The notes under the pieces were generated by a model that saw only the letters and a program-made list of their open reading frames with translations, searched no databases and was not told the DNA's origin. The position numbers were made by a program, and so were the translations under genes. From Trichosphaerium sp. ATCC 40318 (taxonomy: Eukaryota; Protista; Tubulinea): a stretch of 64,000 bases of DNA. Below are positions 11,209 through 24,400 of the stretch, one piece after another (position 1 is the first letter of the stretch; each line of letters opens with the position of its first letter). The stretch spans positions 145,883 through 209,882 of the forward strand of contig JALMLS010000271.1 of assembly GCA_038496445.1 (NCBI GenBank), in the 5' to 3' direction.

Positions 11209-12233
11209 TTACATTAGTGCCTGTAAGCCTAATTGTGTGAACGCCAATAAGTACTTAACTCCTTTATCACTTATATTTGTGAACCTAACATCAATTGTAT
11301 GTACTCCAGCCAATGCCTTCATCCCTTCATCTGCAATGTAACAGTCGGATAAACAAATTGAATGAACACCAGCTAACGCCTTAATACCTTCATCTGAAAC
11401 CTTTGTTTCACTCAGATCTATAGCATGTACACCTGCTAAAGCTTTGATCCCAACATTTGTAACCTTTGTTTGGCATAAGTTTATCGTATGAACTCCAGCT
11501 AGTGCCCGAATGCCATCATCTGTGATACCTTTACATTTTCTTAAACTTATTGTATGAACTCCAGCTAATGCCTTAATGCCTTCATCTGTAATACCTTGAC
11601 AGAAAGAGAGATTGATTTTATGAACACCAGCTAGCGCCTTGATGCTATCATCTTTCACTTGCTGACAATCGCCTAGATAAATTGTATGAACGCCTGCTAA
11701 TGCCTCAACATTTGAAATATTTGTGTTGTGGGAAAGATCAATTGTATGAACAGATAATCGTAAAAAAGCCTTTAGACCTTCATCAGTAACATAATTGCGT
11801 GATAACCGTATTGTTTTTGCTCCAGCCAGATGTTTGAGATGATCATAAGTTACACATGGAGTGCTAAATCTCTGATGAAAGTCACGTTTAAAAGCTTTAA
11901 AATCAGATGGCAGCAGTGTTGATATGCCACATTCAAATCTGAGGCCATACGCTCTTTTGAGGTACTTTAAATGTTGACGTTTGATATAAAACTCAATGGA
12001 TAGAGTGTTTGTTTTAATGAGATGTGGCATTGTTTTGAATAGTTTTTTGAGCTTTTGTTTTGATTCAATGACAATCACTCTTCTGTTTTCATATCCCACG
12101 TGTTGTATTGCGATCATTTTTAATAATTTTGATGTACAGAATGCATAGATAGAGGTGAAACAAATTGTAAAATAATGACAGTAAGTTCAACAGGGATATC
12201 ATCAAAGAATGCGCTCTTTGAGTTCATCGCCAT
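11209..12233 (-). pseudogene. Intronless F-box + leucine-rich-repeat gene, frameshifted just after the F-box core
   Basis: ATG at 12233 gives MAMNSKSAFFDDIPVELTVIILQFVSP (F-box-like). Another frame continues FCTSKLLKMIA into ~9 repeats of (I/V)TDEGIKALAGVHTIxLS. Confidence 0.8.
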
Positions 12234-13908
12234 TTATTTTGGATAATAGAATGTGATGTTATGGGTAACGTATAAACCAGAGACGAGCACCAATGTGATA
12301 TTAGCTGTGCTGTGACTTGATATTTTTTGTGGGTACCAAAACTACCTTTTATCTTGGATTGTATAAACAAGAGATGAGCACTAATGTGAAATCATTAAGA
12401 TGTGTTGTGACTGTAGTTGACTTGAAGTTTTTCAAAAAGTCAAATATTACTCCACAACCACAGAAGCATACAATGAAATTAAAGGACATCTATTTCTTGT
12501 ACTTAAAAAAACTACTAGAAAAACATGAGCGACTATTGAAGCAGTGTAGAATATGTTAGAAGTAACATTTTATTAAAAAAAAACAACGCAACTACCTTAA
12601 TCATCAGTTGTAGAACCCGAAGATAGCAGTTGAGGGCCCTTAGGAAGCAAGCTCCTGGAGGCCAAGTCCAATGGCAGCCAAAGCTTGATCTTCTACATCA
12701 AAGCCTTGAGCCAATTTCGATGGCAGCCCACCTCAATGAGACGGATACTAGAATACACTGTGCACTAGACCTTGCTACCCAACTCTTACATCAAGTCACG
12801 ATGTGTTGGAAGATAAAATTGCCTTCTTGTGTGTACTCTATTATATCATACTCATTGTACAGCCGTTGTTTTTTTATGAAAGAAACCTCGATCTCTTTCA
12901 CATTAATATGGAAATACAACAATACTTTTATGCACAACATGTTATCCAAAAAATAAATTGTGGGATAGAGTTCACAGAAATATCCACTAATAATACTCAA
13001 ATATGGATAATGCACACTTTGAAATGCTCACAAAGCCTTGTGAGACCTGTTTACACGTGTGAGAACCGTTGGCAATGTGTTGTTTCGCCAAACGTGCAAC
13101 AAAACGATTTTCCCTTTTTTTATGCTCTAATGTGCACTAAAAGTTGATTGTAGTGTAGTACGGCTATTATGGTGTGAAATTTGCTCTTTTCAACACTTTT
13201 TCATGTTGTAGTGTAATACTAGAAAAGAGAATCAAGAGATGTGGCGAGAATTTTGTGGGCAAAGCCTCAAGAGTACCTCAAATAATCGCCTTAAAACCAC
13301 CTGTTTACCCAAAGTTGTTTATGTACTATGACTTGGTGGGTTTGGCCCTCAGAACTCCACGATTGGAGATAAATTTAAGGAAAGAACAGCGACAAAGCTC
13401 TTGCTCAATAGCTGGTTCATTCTGACATTTTGTTTTCTACGTAGTGCTGAAAGGATTCTTTGCTAATAGTGAACGGCTGTGTGGTACCAACAGATATACA
13501 ACTTCTTGGCTCTAAGTCGAATCGATAAAAGATAACAAATCTGGTGATTAGTTCGTCATAGTTCGTCATTAAGTTAAACGTTTCATAGATTGCATTACTG
13601 AAAACAGGTTTCTAATGTCAACACATCATGGATATCATGTCTATGTTGTACAAAAGAACGTTTCATTATTTTGATGTTCGGAGAAACTCTATTATAATCC
13701 ATCCTTTTTGGGACGTATCGCGACATCATCTAACCAAACTAAGAAATTATAATAAATTACTCCAAATCTTCTTCACAGGCCCTGATGTTGCCTCAACACT
13801 ATTATGTTGTGCACACTTTTGGTGTTTTCGTTCTTTGATTTTGGCATTTTTGGAAATAGTTTGTGTAGCTACAGCAGAAGGAACTATTTGAAGACAGGGA
13901 AACCTGCA

Positions 13909-16900
13909 ATGAAGTTTTTATTATACAACTACGCCATAGCGACGTTTTTATTCTTTTTCGCATCAAATGTGTACGGTAAAGCTGTAACAACTTGCAGAGT
14001 TAACGTAGAAGACAACATAGAAAAGGGTACGACACGATTAGAGCGTTTGGTTTGAAAATTTTAAAAAAAAAGTTTGAACAAAACTATGTCGTTCGCCACT
14101 GTTCCTTCTTTTTAACCGAATAAATCACCTGTGACGCTCATAAACCGCCTATTTGTAGTTTTTGAAGCTACAACACATACACCATGGCTATTAAATCAAA
14201 CAAATGGAGATCTGCACATACTATACGTGCGTAAGGACGACAATTACCGTGATGCTTGCTTCCATTTACGAAGATACCTTGGCGAATGCAATCTCGAAAC
14301 AACACCAGCAGAAGTAGTACAAATATGGTACGATACGTCGCCTACCAATCCCACATTCACCGCAAGCAGTGACAGTTTAAAAAAAAACATCCAAAAGAAG
14401 GAATGTGACGATGTTCATAAAAACTCACTTGATGTTCTTTAGGTGCCCTGAGGATACAACTACCTGGGATAGTGAATTTTTTAGACCATATCACATACAT
14501 TATGCTACTTTTATTGATAATAATACAATACACGTGTTGTATGATACTGGAGAAGATAGCTTAGCTATTGCTGAACCCTACTTTACTTTTCGCTCTGGAA
14601 CTCTTATTATTGGTGGTAACTATACTGATGATGTTGAGATATTTAGATCACACAAAGTATGGTTGTACGTGAACAAAACGATTAACTTGAATTTGCATTA
14701 CCAAGTGAAAACAGTAGTGCTTTCTTCTAGCCGGATTTTCTGTGCCTTTTTTTTTTTGACAAGTTCCTAATGTTAAGCGTATGACATATGAGCAATAATG
14801 CTTAAACCCGCTTGTAGGAATACTGTAAGCTCTTTTTTTAACATACATCAGTCATTTTAAAACATGTGATTTCTTAGTACTTGCTACCAATATCTCTTCT
14901 TTTTTTTTTCTGATTTGTTTCTTTTTTTAGTGATGCATTCGACTTTATAGAGCCCATCCCTTTTCAACAAAGAATGAGCATATCAACGACTAATATACCA
15001 AAAGAGTTTTATGTAGTATACGCATACCCTAACACAACAAATCCCGATGACGTCAATTTCAAATTTGAAGATTTTAACACTATTTATGTTACAAAATACG
15101 TGAATGGCTCAAGGGTTGAAGAAGCACTTATAATAGATTCTGAAAATCTTGGAGTAGCGTCTACAGATATAGTTGTTTCTAATGATGTAGTTACAGTATT
15201 GTGGAAAACAAACAAGAGCGATGAATCAATATTCAAAATGAACCAATATGATAGCAATGATTTCACATTGTTTACTGAGAAACGTGATTTTCTAGACTTC
15301 CAACCTGCCTACCCAACTTTCCATTTTGAAGTTAAAATAACACACATGATATCTTTGAACAGCGACGCTGTTATTTTATGTACATTATCATTTAACATAG
15401 TTGAAAAAACTCACTTTTTTTATCTAGCTATTGCATCTTCAAACTACACTTTGTTTGGTGTTCTATTGGCACCTTTAACAAATATTGCTACTATCTTTCG
15501 CATCAACGTATCTAATAGCGTAGATTGGCAGATAATTGGAGACGAGCCAATCTTGGCAGAGCTATTTAACGGTATAACAGACGTTGTTGGGCTAGGCAAG
15601 TTGTTTTTGAAGAAATCTTCTTAAACACAGTTTTAATGGTCTTGTTTAGGCAACTCTATTCTGTTTCCATTACGCACTGCACTATGACTTTTATACACAG
15701 TTTGATCCTGCCACTCGTATAGGCATACCTTTTTTGATAAATTTTAATGAGACAGCTGTTGTTGAGAGTATAGACGTTGCCCCTAATGATCTGTTTGGAG
15801 GTTCAAACCTTGAGCAAAGAGGAAGTGCGTTTCTAACTTGTTCCATCTTTTTTGACTTTAATCTCATCTTGTAGGTGGACTTTCTGGTATAGCAACAAGT
15901 GACGATGATCTAGTAGTGGTATTCACCTTTAAATTTCAAGCGACTGGAATAGCACAATTTCATTTTGATGTGTTCATGGAATTCTTTGATTGTGAGTACC
16001 CTCTTTTATGCACAAATAGAAAAAAAACCATACGTATTCTCTTTCTTTATTCTGTCATGGGTTTTTTACTTACTTGGCTTTCTAGTTAGAGAGGAAATAT
16101 TACCAATTGCGGAAATAGAAAAACCTGCAGGTACCTGCCGTTGTTGTGGTTAATTTACTCTAACTTGCTTTTTATAGTGCAGTCATCAATCATCATTACT
16201 GTTGTAGTTGTGGTTGTAGTGCGTATTATAGTACTTGTCATATTGCTAGTTATCCTCTTTTGTAATTGCGCTGTTTCCAAGAATGGTATAAACTAAAGCG
16301 TTCAGCTGTTGCAAATTTCTAATACTTTTCATCTTTAGTCATAGTTCCAGACTATTATGGGTCAGCTCTTGGTGACACTGTTACCTTAGAAACAGTTTAC
16401 GGTCCAAAAGTTAACAAAAAAAAGATAGGAATGACAGAAGAAACGCTAACTGAGCTATCTTTGCCTTTCTCTGAAGTTGTCTTGAAGGAAGAGCTCGGCT
16501 CTGGGAATTATGGGATTGTATACAAAGGGTACGCATCACCAGAACTTGATTTGGTCTTAACAACAAACACACAGAGAATGGAGAGCTACAGAAGTAGCAG
16601 TAAAGAGTGGTATATCAATCGTAGATGATGCCCTTGATGAGTTCTTAACAGAAGCTTATCTCATGAGCAAAATGAAACATCATAGGCATGTCACACAAAT
16701 GTACGGTATAGTACTTCATGCCAGTATGACGGCCATAGTAATGGAGTACGCCTCATGATATATTTGACTTTAAAAAAAAAAACCTATATTAAGATAACAA
16801 ACAAAAAGGTTCTTGGCTGGTGGATCGTTAGATACAAGGCTTTTTAATGATGAACTAGCTATGTCCCTAACAGGAAGAATCAAAATATTATCAGGGGTGT

Positions 16901-17608
16901 CAAGAGGTGTCTTACATATTCACAAAGAGAGCATTGTTCATAGGTAAACATAACGACGTTCCAAAATGTGGATTTTTTGCTAACTTTTTTTTAGAGATCT
17001 TGCAGCACGTGCGTTGTTTTCTTCTTCCTATTGTTATATGGTATTGATTACGCTTAGGAAATATTCTTTTAAGCGCCTCAGGAGTACCAAAAGTGTCCGA
17101 TTTTGGATACTCTAGGAATATAAAGAAAGGGAAGCTGGGTCGTACAAAGGCAAAACAAGGTCCCATCAGGTTGCTTCAAATAAATTGCTGGACAAGTATC
17201 TTTGACTAATCGCCATCACAAGGTGGATGGCGCCTGAAAGTATAGGAGAAAAACTATACTCTAACGCAACAGATGCCTGGATGTTTGGTTGCGTTATATA
17301 CGAGTGTATGGTATGTCAAACTCACTATGTCTAGTTAGTGTTAATTGCTATCTAGGAAAGAGTCGAACCTCATGCTACAGGAGACATACTAGTAACAGCA
17401 GTTTCAATACGGGACAAGGTGAGTATTTAGTGGATATTTATGTGTTTGAGACTCAAATGTTGATTTGCAAAAGGGGTTACATCCAATACTCTCAGACGAT
17501 ACACCAGACTGGCTTATAGAATTGGCAAAGTCTTGTTGGAGCTTAGACTCCGAACAAAGACCTACATTTGAAGAAATAGCAGAAGTATTCTCCAATCAAG
17601 GCTACTGA
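13909..17608 (+). CDS. Single-pass receptor tyrosine kinase-like protein, multi-exon
   Basis: Signal peptide, large ectodomain, Val/Ile-rich TM (~16185-16265); spliced kinase motifs LGSGNYGIVYKG, VAVK, HRDLAARNILL, KVSDFG, GPIRWMAPES, RPTFEEI. Confidence 0.9.
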
Positions 17609-18481
17609 AATTAGACCACAAACAAATCATTAATTTCAATTGTAAATATTCACTACCAACAAGCGTTTTTCTAATGCTTATAACTGCAATATAATGACTC
17701 TACAACATGTCTGTTGGAAACTCACTCTCTAGCAATTCAGTCTCATAAATGACATAAGAATGACGTGAAAGTTTCTGTTGTGTCATTTCTGCACTACTGC
17801 GTGTTATCTCCGAGAATCTAATGTGATTTTATACGCCCACTGGTAAATGACTACTTTGTAAGAGTTCCTAACTTTCATTGTATCAAAGCGCTGTCTGCTA
17901 GGAGGTTTTTGTTTTCGGGGCTTTTATTTGATCTCAGCCGTATCAATAGGTACAAGCGTCAAGTGGTATGAGGAGAAAGATACCAACACCAATACATGTA
18001 AGGTGCCTTTTTTTTACCCAAGCATGTTCCACAGCAAAAAATGAAAATTACTGCGTTGACGATTGACAAAAACACAAAAAATATTAAACCAACATAGAAT
18101 TGTGTATTTTTGTGATTCATTTGTTTGTTTGACCTAAGGAACGCAATTTAGTATAGCATGTATTTTACAATATTTTATGTCACACACGTGTTTTTCACTT
18201 TTTGAGGTTTTTTTTGTAGAAAATAGCCACAGTGAACATTTGCGAAATTTCGAAACTGTGTCTAGTATTTATAACAGAGGATATAACAAATGGTTGTGTA
18301 TAGCTACATAAGGTTCGATATCTCGGAGGCTCGCAAAGCCCGTTGAATCTGAAGATGTGAATGAGTCATAAACAAGACAAAACTGTGAGGTTACGAATAG
18401 GTAATGAACGTAAACTATGTTAAGTACTAACTACATGATTAAGTCTATACATGTACAGAACATTCGAATCAAAAACACAAG

Positions 18482-20422
18482 ATGAACTACACAACTTTCA
18501 TTATTGCGTTTCTGTCTTTATTTATCGCATATTCACTCTCACAAGATAGTAATGCGTTTATTACCACTATAGCACGTACTATTGGGTTCGAAATACGACG
18601 CATAGATGATCCAACGAACGTTGTACAAAGTACTGTGTCTTCACAACAATAACTGTTCTAACGAATTTAGCATGTGACGGTCCTGATATTGGTGTACCAA
18701 TTTCACTGTCTTATTTACCGTCGACACATACAGTATTTGCAAAAGTCGATAGTAGACTATTACAAGTAGATCCACGCACGTGTGAAGTAAAGGTACAAAC
18801 GAAACAATTCTGATTTAAGCGAGACATACCCGCCTTAATACCAAAAAGTTAATTATTTATGATAGCATTCCTGTTTTCTGAGCACTTCTTTTCGGGCCAT
18901 TGCCATTGACAAGACTACACAAATATTATATGGGTATACAAGCAGTGGGTCTATTGTTCAGATAGATACGACAGATTGTTCAATTTGTCATTTTTGTGAA
19001 GTAGATGTTTTCCCTGGATCAGGTGCTGGGAGTGCGTTGTGGAAAGAAGTGTATATTGTTGCTTCTAACTTGAGTATTTAGTTGAGATAGTTGGAGATAA
19101 TTTATACGTTTCTGGCTCCCGAGACGGAACAATCGCTATAGTACCCTTAACAGGACCTTCATCTTGTGTGGTGTCTCAAAGAGTGAGCTTTCCACCAGGA
19201 TCTATAGTCAGTGGAGGTACTTGTCTTTTTTGTTTTCTAATGTTTTGAATACTCTTCAATGATTGATGGTACTCTAGAATTGACAGCAATCTCAGATAAT
19301 GAAATCATTATCAGTACTTTTTTCAATTATTTTTCTCTGGACATTTCTTCATCTACGATTACTGCGATTACAACATCATTACCCCTATTTTTTGCCGGCT
19401 TTTCTTCTTTGGTTTTTGAAGGAACATTGCCTCCTCCAGATGACACAACAATGCCTCCTACAACAATCATACCAACACCTCCTCCAACAATAGCTCCTCA
19501 AGGTGGTGTGATTGACGTTCTAATCGCATCAAAGGGAGAAGGGGTAATAGGATTTGACTACAGACTACTGTCAAACACAGATGAAATTGTTGGGTGTACG
19601 ACTAATGTTATACTTGCTAATCTTTGCTAATAGTCTATTTATAGCTTGTGATAATCCAGAACTGGGTAGCTACGCAATTGCTTTGGAGTATAGTGCTGTA
19701 CTTGATAGAGTACTATACATTAACTTAAACAGAAGAATATTCTCAATCAATCCTTACACATGTCAGATTGTACGATAAAGACATGTTTAACATAAAACAT
19801 CACATACTATTAGGATAAAACTTGTATTGTTACTGCTTTCTCTTTTGGATTGATGGTAGATAAAGAGACAGGAAAGATATACGGAGAGAGTACAGGACCA
19901 CTGGTTTATGAAATAGATTTAGAAAACTGTAAATTAACACCTCATTGTGGTGACCAAACAACATCAGCTGCATCAGGCATGTTAAATAACCATTGTGTCA
20001 CGTGACTTACATAAAACAGGTGAAATAGTAGACGGTGTTCTTTACTCTGCTCAACGTACACTTACAGCTGCACCAAACTTTCGATCTGGATCATGTACGC
20101 CACAACAAACTATAACTGCTCTAGATGGATGTGACATTAGAGGTAAGCTTTTTTTTTGCAAAAGTGCTATTACCTAACCTGCTAATTACCTTGTTAATTA
20201 GGTTTAACGTCAATATCAACAAGCACTTTGGTTGCTTCTTGTAGTGATAGAAGATATATTTCAATTGATATTGCAACTTTTGATGTTACAGTGTTGGCAA
20301 CAAATTTACCTTTAAGCGAAGGTATATCTGCATTTAATTTCAACCCACCTCCTCCACCAGTAGTACCAGCATTTTTTGATAGAGAGCGTTGTTTCAGACG
20401 ATTGTCAGAAGAAATAATGTAA
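18482..20422 (+). CDS. Secreted protein with two homologous Cys-containing beta-rich domains joined by a Pro/Thr linker
   Basis: Signal peptide MNYTTFIIAFLSLFIAYSLS; repeated blocks IGFEIRR..CDGPDIG..LLQVDPRTC and IGFDYRL..CDNPELG..IFSINPYTC; linker PPPDDTTMPPTTIIPTPPPT. Confidence 0.8.
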
Positions 20423-20841
20423 ACACACGAGAGCTGTTAATAAAAGTTTAAACTTCTTAATGCTGACTTTTTGGTCAATCGTGTTTTCTACCATGTACAT
20501 TTTCATTTAAAACTGGGACATTTTTATTTGGGCTAAGAACTTTTGTATTGAATACCTTACACCATAACTACAAATGCTAGCTGAAAAGAAAAGTTTGGAC
20601 AAGATCATAAAATTATGAGTTTTCTGGGACGATTTTGTCGGCAACGTCCCTGTAAAAACAGCCTATTACCATTTCTTAGTACAACAAAAGGGCTTAGGTG
20701 ATTGTAGGTGCCTATAAAACTCAAAATTTTATGCTTTAAATGAACCCGACATACAATGATTTATTTAACAAGTTTTGGGTGTCTTTACGTTGAAACAATT
20801 GTTCAAGTTTTTACAAATGGGAAAGGAGAAGTTCAACTAAC

Positions 20842-21211
20842 TTATTTCCATGTTCGTGTGTATAAATGTGGATCGTGATACAAGACAACAGCTTGAGAGC
20901 TTAAAAAACTAGCCCAAAAACTAATAAGACACTGTTTTAACTTCGGGTGGATATAAATATATATCCATGTTGTAGATTTATCAAAGTGAGCTCCCTTGGA
21001 GCTTTCGTCAATTTTTGAAATTACTTCTTTGGAACTTCCTTCAATGAGCCCCAAACCGCCTTCATTAGTCTTACCATCCATTTTCCATCGTCTGATATTA
21101 CGTACGCGATGGCGTAGAGCAATTTGGGCAATTCTTGATGTATTTCCTGTGTTAGCGACTCCTGTTAGTCGAAACACGTTGGTTATGATGGAGAAGTAAC
21201 GTACGTAGCAT
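20842..21211 (-). CDS. Hypothetical small protein with Arg-rich, possibly mitochondrial-targeting N-terminus
   Basis: ATGCTAC|GTACGT..CAG splices into ORF 20842..21177, giving MLRVANTGNTSRIAQIALRHRVRNIRRW; 3' structure uncertain. Confidence 0.35.
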
Positions 21212-21466
21212 TTGTGTTATATAAAGTTGTCTGAGTTTAATTGACTGAAAAAGACTGAGTTCAGCTTCAGTGAATGTACTACTACTAGTGTTCTATCTTT
21301 GTGCCAGTTGTATCTACAAAGACTAGTTACAAAACAAGTCCGTTATTAGGAAGACCTTAATACAAAGAACATTTAAAACCAGGTACATATTCGACATGGA
21401 ACTGTAAGATGATGAACAACTTTTTATTTTGACTTAAGTTGTTGGTTTTTTTTTTCTTGTTCACAT

Positions 21467-24400
21467 TTATATCTTGTCTTCTTTCACCTCATCATCGCTG
21501 CTATTATTATCATGTTTTACTTTACTACGTTTACGAAAAGGAGATTTCTTTCCTTCGCTGGAAGCTTTTGGCTTCTTTTTCTTGCTTCGTTTTTGAGTTA
21601 CAGGCGTTTTGTCAGAACGTCCTTTTTTACTACTTGTACTGCTATTGCTTTTTTTAAGCTCTTCAATAGGAACATCATCATCACTGCTCTTATTCGTTTT
21701 ATCCAATACAGTAACCTTGCATTCGTTGTATGTTACAGCATGGTTAAGCTTCTTTTGGACTTTAAACCAAGACTAACTCTGTAAGACAATAACAAAGGAA
21801 AAAAAATTTGAAAGGAAAAAAAATTAAAGTGAAGAACGTACCTCTCTTACAGTAAATGAATACTTGCCATACCAAGATTTTTCAAAGCTTATAGTAACAG
21901 ATTCATCTTGTGATACAAATCCCTCTATAAAGTAGATTTTGAGGATAGGAGATCGCTGTAATTCAGAGAAAAATAAGTGGTTTTTTATTGAAAATCGTGC
22001 CTTTATTAATGCTCGCATAGGACACCCAACCGCTTATATTGAGGAAAGCAGTTAACTTAAATGTTGCAACATCGCCTGGATTAATAATTGTAGAAGGTGC
22101 TTCAGAGAGCCAGTTTCCTTGAAACAAACAAGTCAGCCTTTGAAGAAAAAAAATCAAACAATCTTCACTTTGTGTTATTTTACCTTTTTGAAGTTGCCAG
22201 TTGATACGCTTCAATACCTTTGTACTCTTATTCTCAATTTTGATCTCAATGTATCTACGGACACGTCTTATTTCTTTTGTTTCATCTAATTGTTCTTCTC
22301 GATCTATACACATGATGTTACGTCTCCAACAACCCAACAATTTCTTTATCCAAACTAAAAAATACGTACCAGTTTTGTATCGTCTAACTTCTGTGTGAAT
22401 GGCATCTATTGCTCTTGAAACACCTTTTTGTTTGGCTATTTGAGTTGCTATCATTGTTAATTAGTTACACTTGGAGGACAGATTCCAAATAGCCAAAAAT
22501 GAACTAAAACTGTTTTGGTTTTTTATGTACCAAACGATGCACATCTTGCAGCCATTTCCTTGTTGCCAACAAGCTTCATAATAGATTCTTTAAACCTCTT
22601 TGCATTCACACGTTTAATAGGAAGTGGAGATATACCCAAGCCCATCTTATAGACCTAAAAACAGCTTTAAGATGCGAATCCATCAAAAAAAGTTTAATAA
22701 TTCCGTACACGGCTTCCCCAAAACATTTGGTCTCCAAAGAAAGGAACAACCATTGTTGGTACACCAGCTCTGTTAAAAAATTAGTACAGGTGCTTTAAGT
22801 CAATTTATAAGGTGGGTATATACCTAAGACCTGCTGCTACAGTACCAGCGCCGCCATGGTGAACAACACCGGCCATTTGAGGGAATAGCCAGTCATGAGG
22901 TACACGTTCAAGCAAGAAAACATTATCAGGTTTTTTAATACCTTCACCAATACCACCCCATCCTAAGAAGAGTTAGTTACTAAGAGGTAGCTGTTCAACA
23001 TTGATTTGACAAACAAAATTTCCGGAAACTTTTGAGAAAAAAAAAAGTAAACGTTTTTTGGGGTTTTTTTTTACCTTGTATCATAACAGCTCGTTGTCCA
23101 CTTTCTTCCAAAGCAGTATAAATAGCGTTGGTAAGTCCATCAGGATCACCTACTGTGATAGAACCGAATCCAATGTAAATAGGTTTTGGTTTTTTAGAAA
23201 TAAACTCAACAAGCTTTGGATCAGGTTTCCATGTGCTGTAATATATTTAGTTGACTTTAAAGTACTGTTTTAACATACCTCGGACTATCCAAGAAAAAAT
23301 AACCACAAACGTGAATATGTGGACCCCAATCACTCGGTTTTGGAACTGTGTTAAAAAGTAAGAATAAAACAGGAATTGGGGGGTTTTCAAAGCCTGGGCG
23401 AAACGTACCTATAAGAGGACTGAAGCAGTACACAAATGGTACTTTACGATCATGTGCAAGACTAGATCCACCGAATCTGATCTCAGGTAAATCAATTGCT
23501 TTACGGAATTTATTAATCTTAGTGCGAAGAGGCTAAAGAAAAAAACCAAAAAAGTCAGTATCTTGAAGCTCCTACGTTTTGTGTTTTTCAAGTTAGTACC
23601 TGCCACATCCCTTGTTCTTCAATGAGTAAATGAGAGGAATAATTGTAAGCTGGGTTATCAAGGTTTTCAACATACCCAAAGGCCTACAAAAGTAAAGTAA
23701 ATCAAAAGCAATTTCGGAGGTTTTTTAAAGAGGTTATCAACACTTACATTAGGATATGCCCTAGTACGACTCCAAGGCATAGTAAAGGAGTTGATGATAG
23801 GTATCTAAACCAAAAATTAGAAATATTGCAGAGAACAACAGCAGGACGTCTGTGAAAAGACGAAAAAACCAGAAAAAACCTGAAACTGAATGAGGCTATA
23901 ACACTTACCTGAAGGCGTTCTGCAATATGAACACCAGCGAATGCAGGTGGATTTTGTATGATTAAATCACAATCCTCTTTGCATGCATCCCAACAAGACA
24001 TGCAGAGATCATAGATAAACTGTAAATATCTAGGTAAATCCTTTTTCACAAAGTCTAGACTGATGACACTAGTATTCACCATAAAATCCATTAAATCTCT
24101 TGGATCACCTATAAAATAATAAACCATAAGATGAGGGTTTACCAAACAAAGTTTCAAGAATATAGGGTGAAGATAGAAAAACATACCAGCTAAAAGTTCA
24201 AAATCGACTTTCCATTTTTTACAGAAATCTCTATGTGCTTCATGTGTCACAATAGTCACTTTATGACCTACGTAGAATACCTGTATTAGCAAGGAATACT
24301 ATACGAAACTTTAAAAAGAGTATCAACACTTACCATGGTCAATCATCTGCAAGGCTAATGCGACATAAGGTTGAACATCGCCTCTACTTCCGACAAGAAG

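Noticed and set aside
12300-13600. Several 70-115-aa ORFs
   Set aside because: No recognisable motifs or consistent splicing; probably decayed sequence.
15596-15700. Possible GCAAGT donor in the receptor kinase
   Set aside because: It does not restore frame; a GT donor plus 13-nt exon fits better but is unresolved, so it was not counted.
18295-18345. GGTTCGA T-loop-like motif suggesting a tRNA
   Set aside because: No T-stem or cloverleaf pairing.
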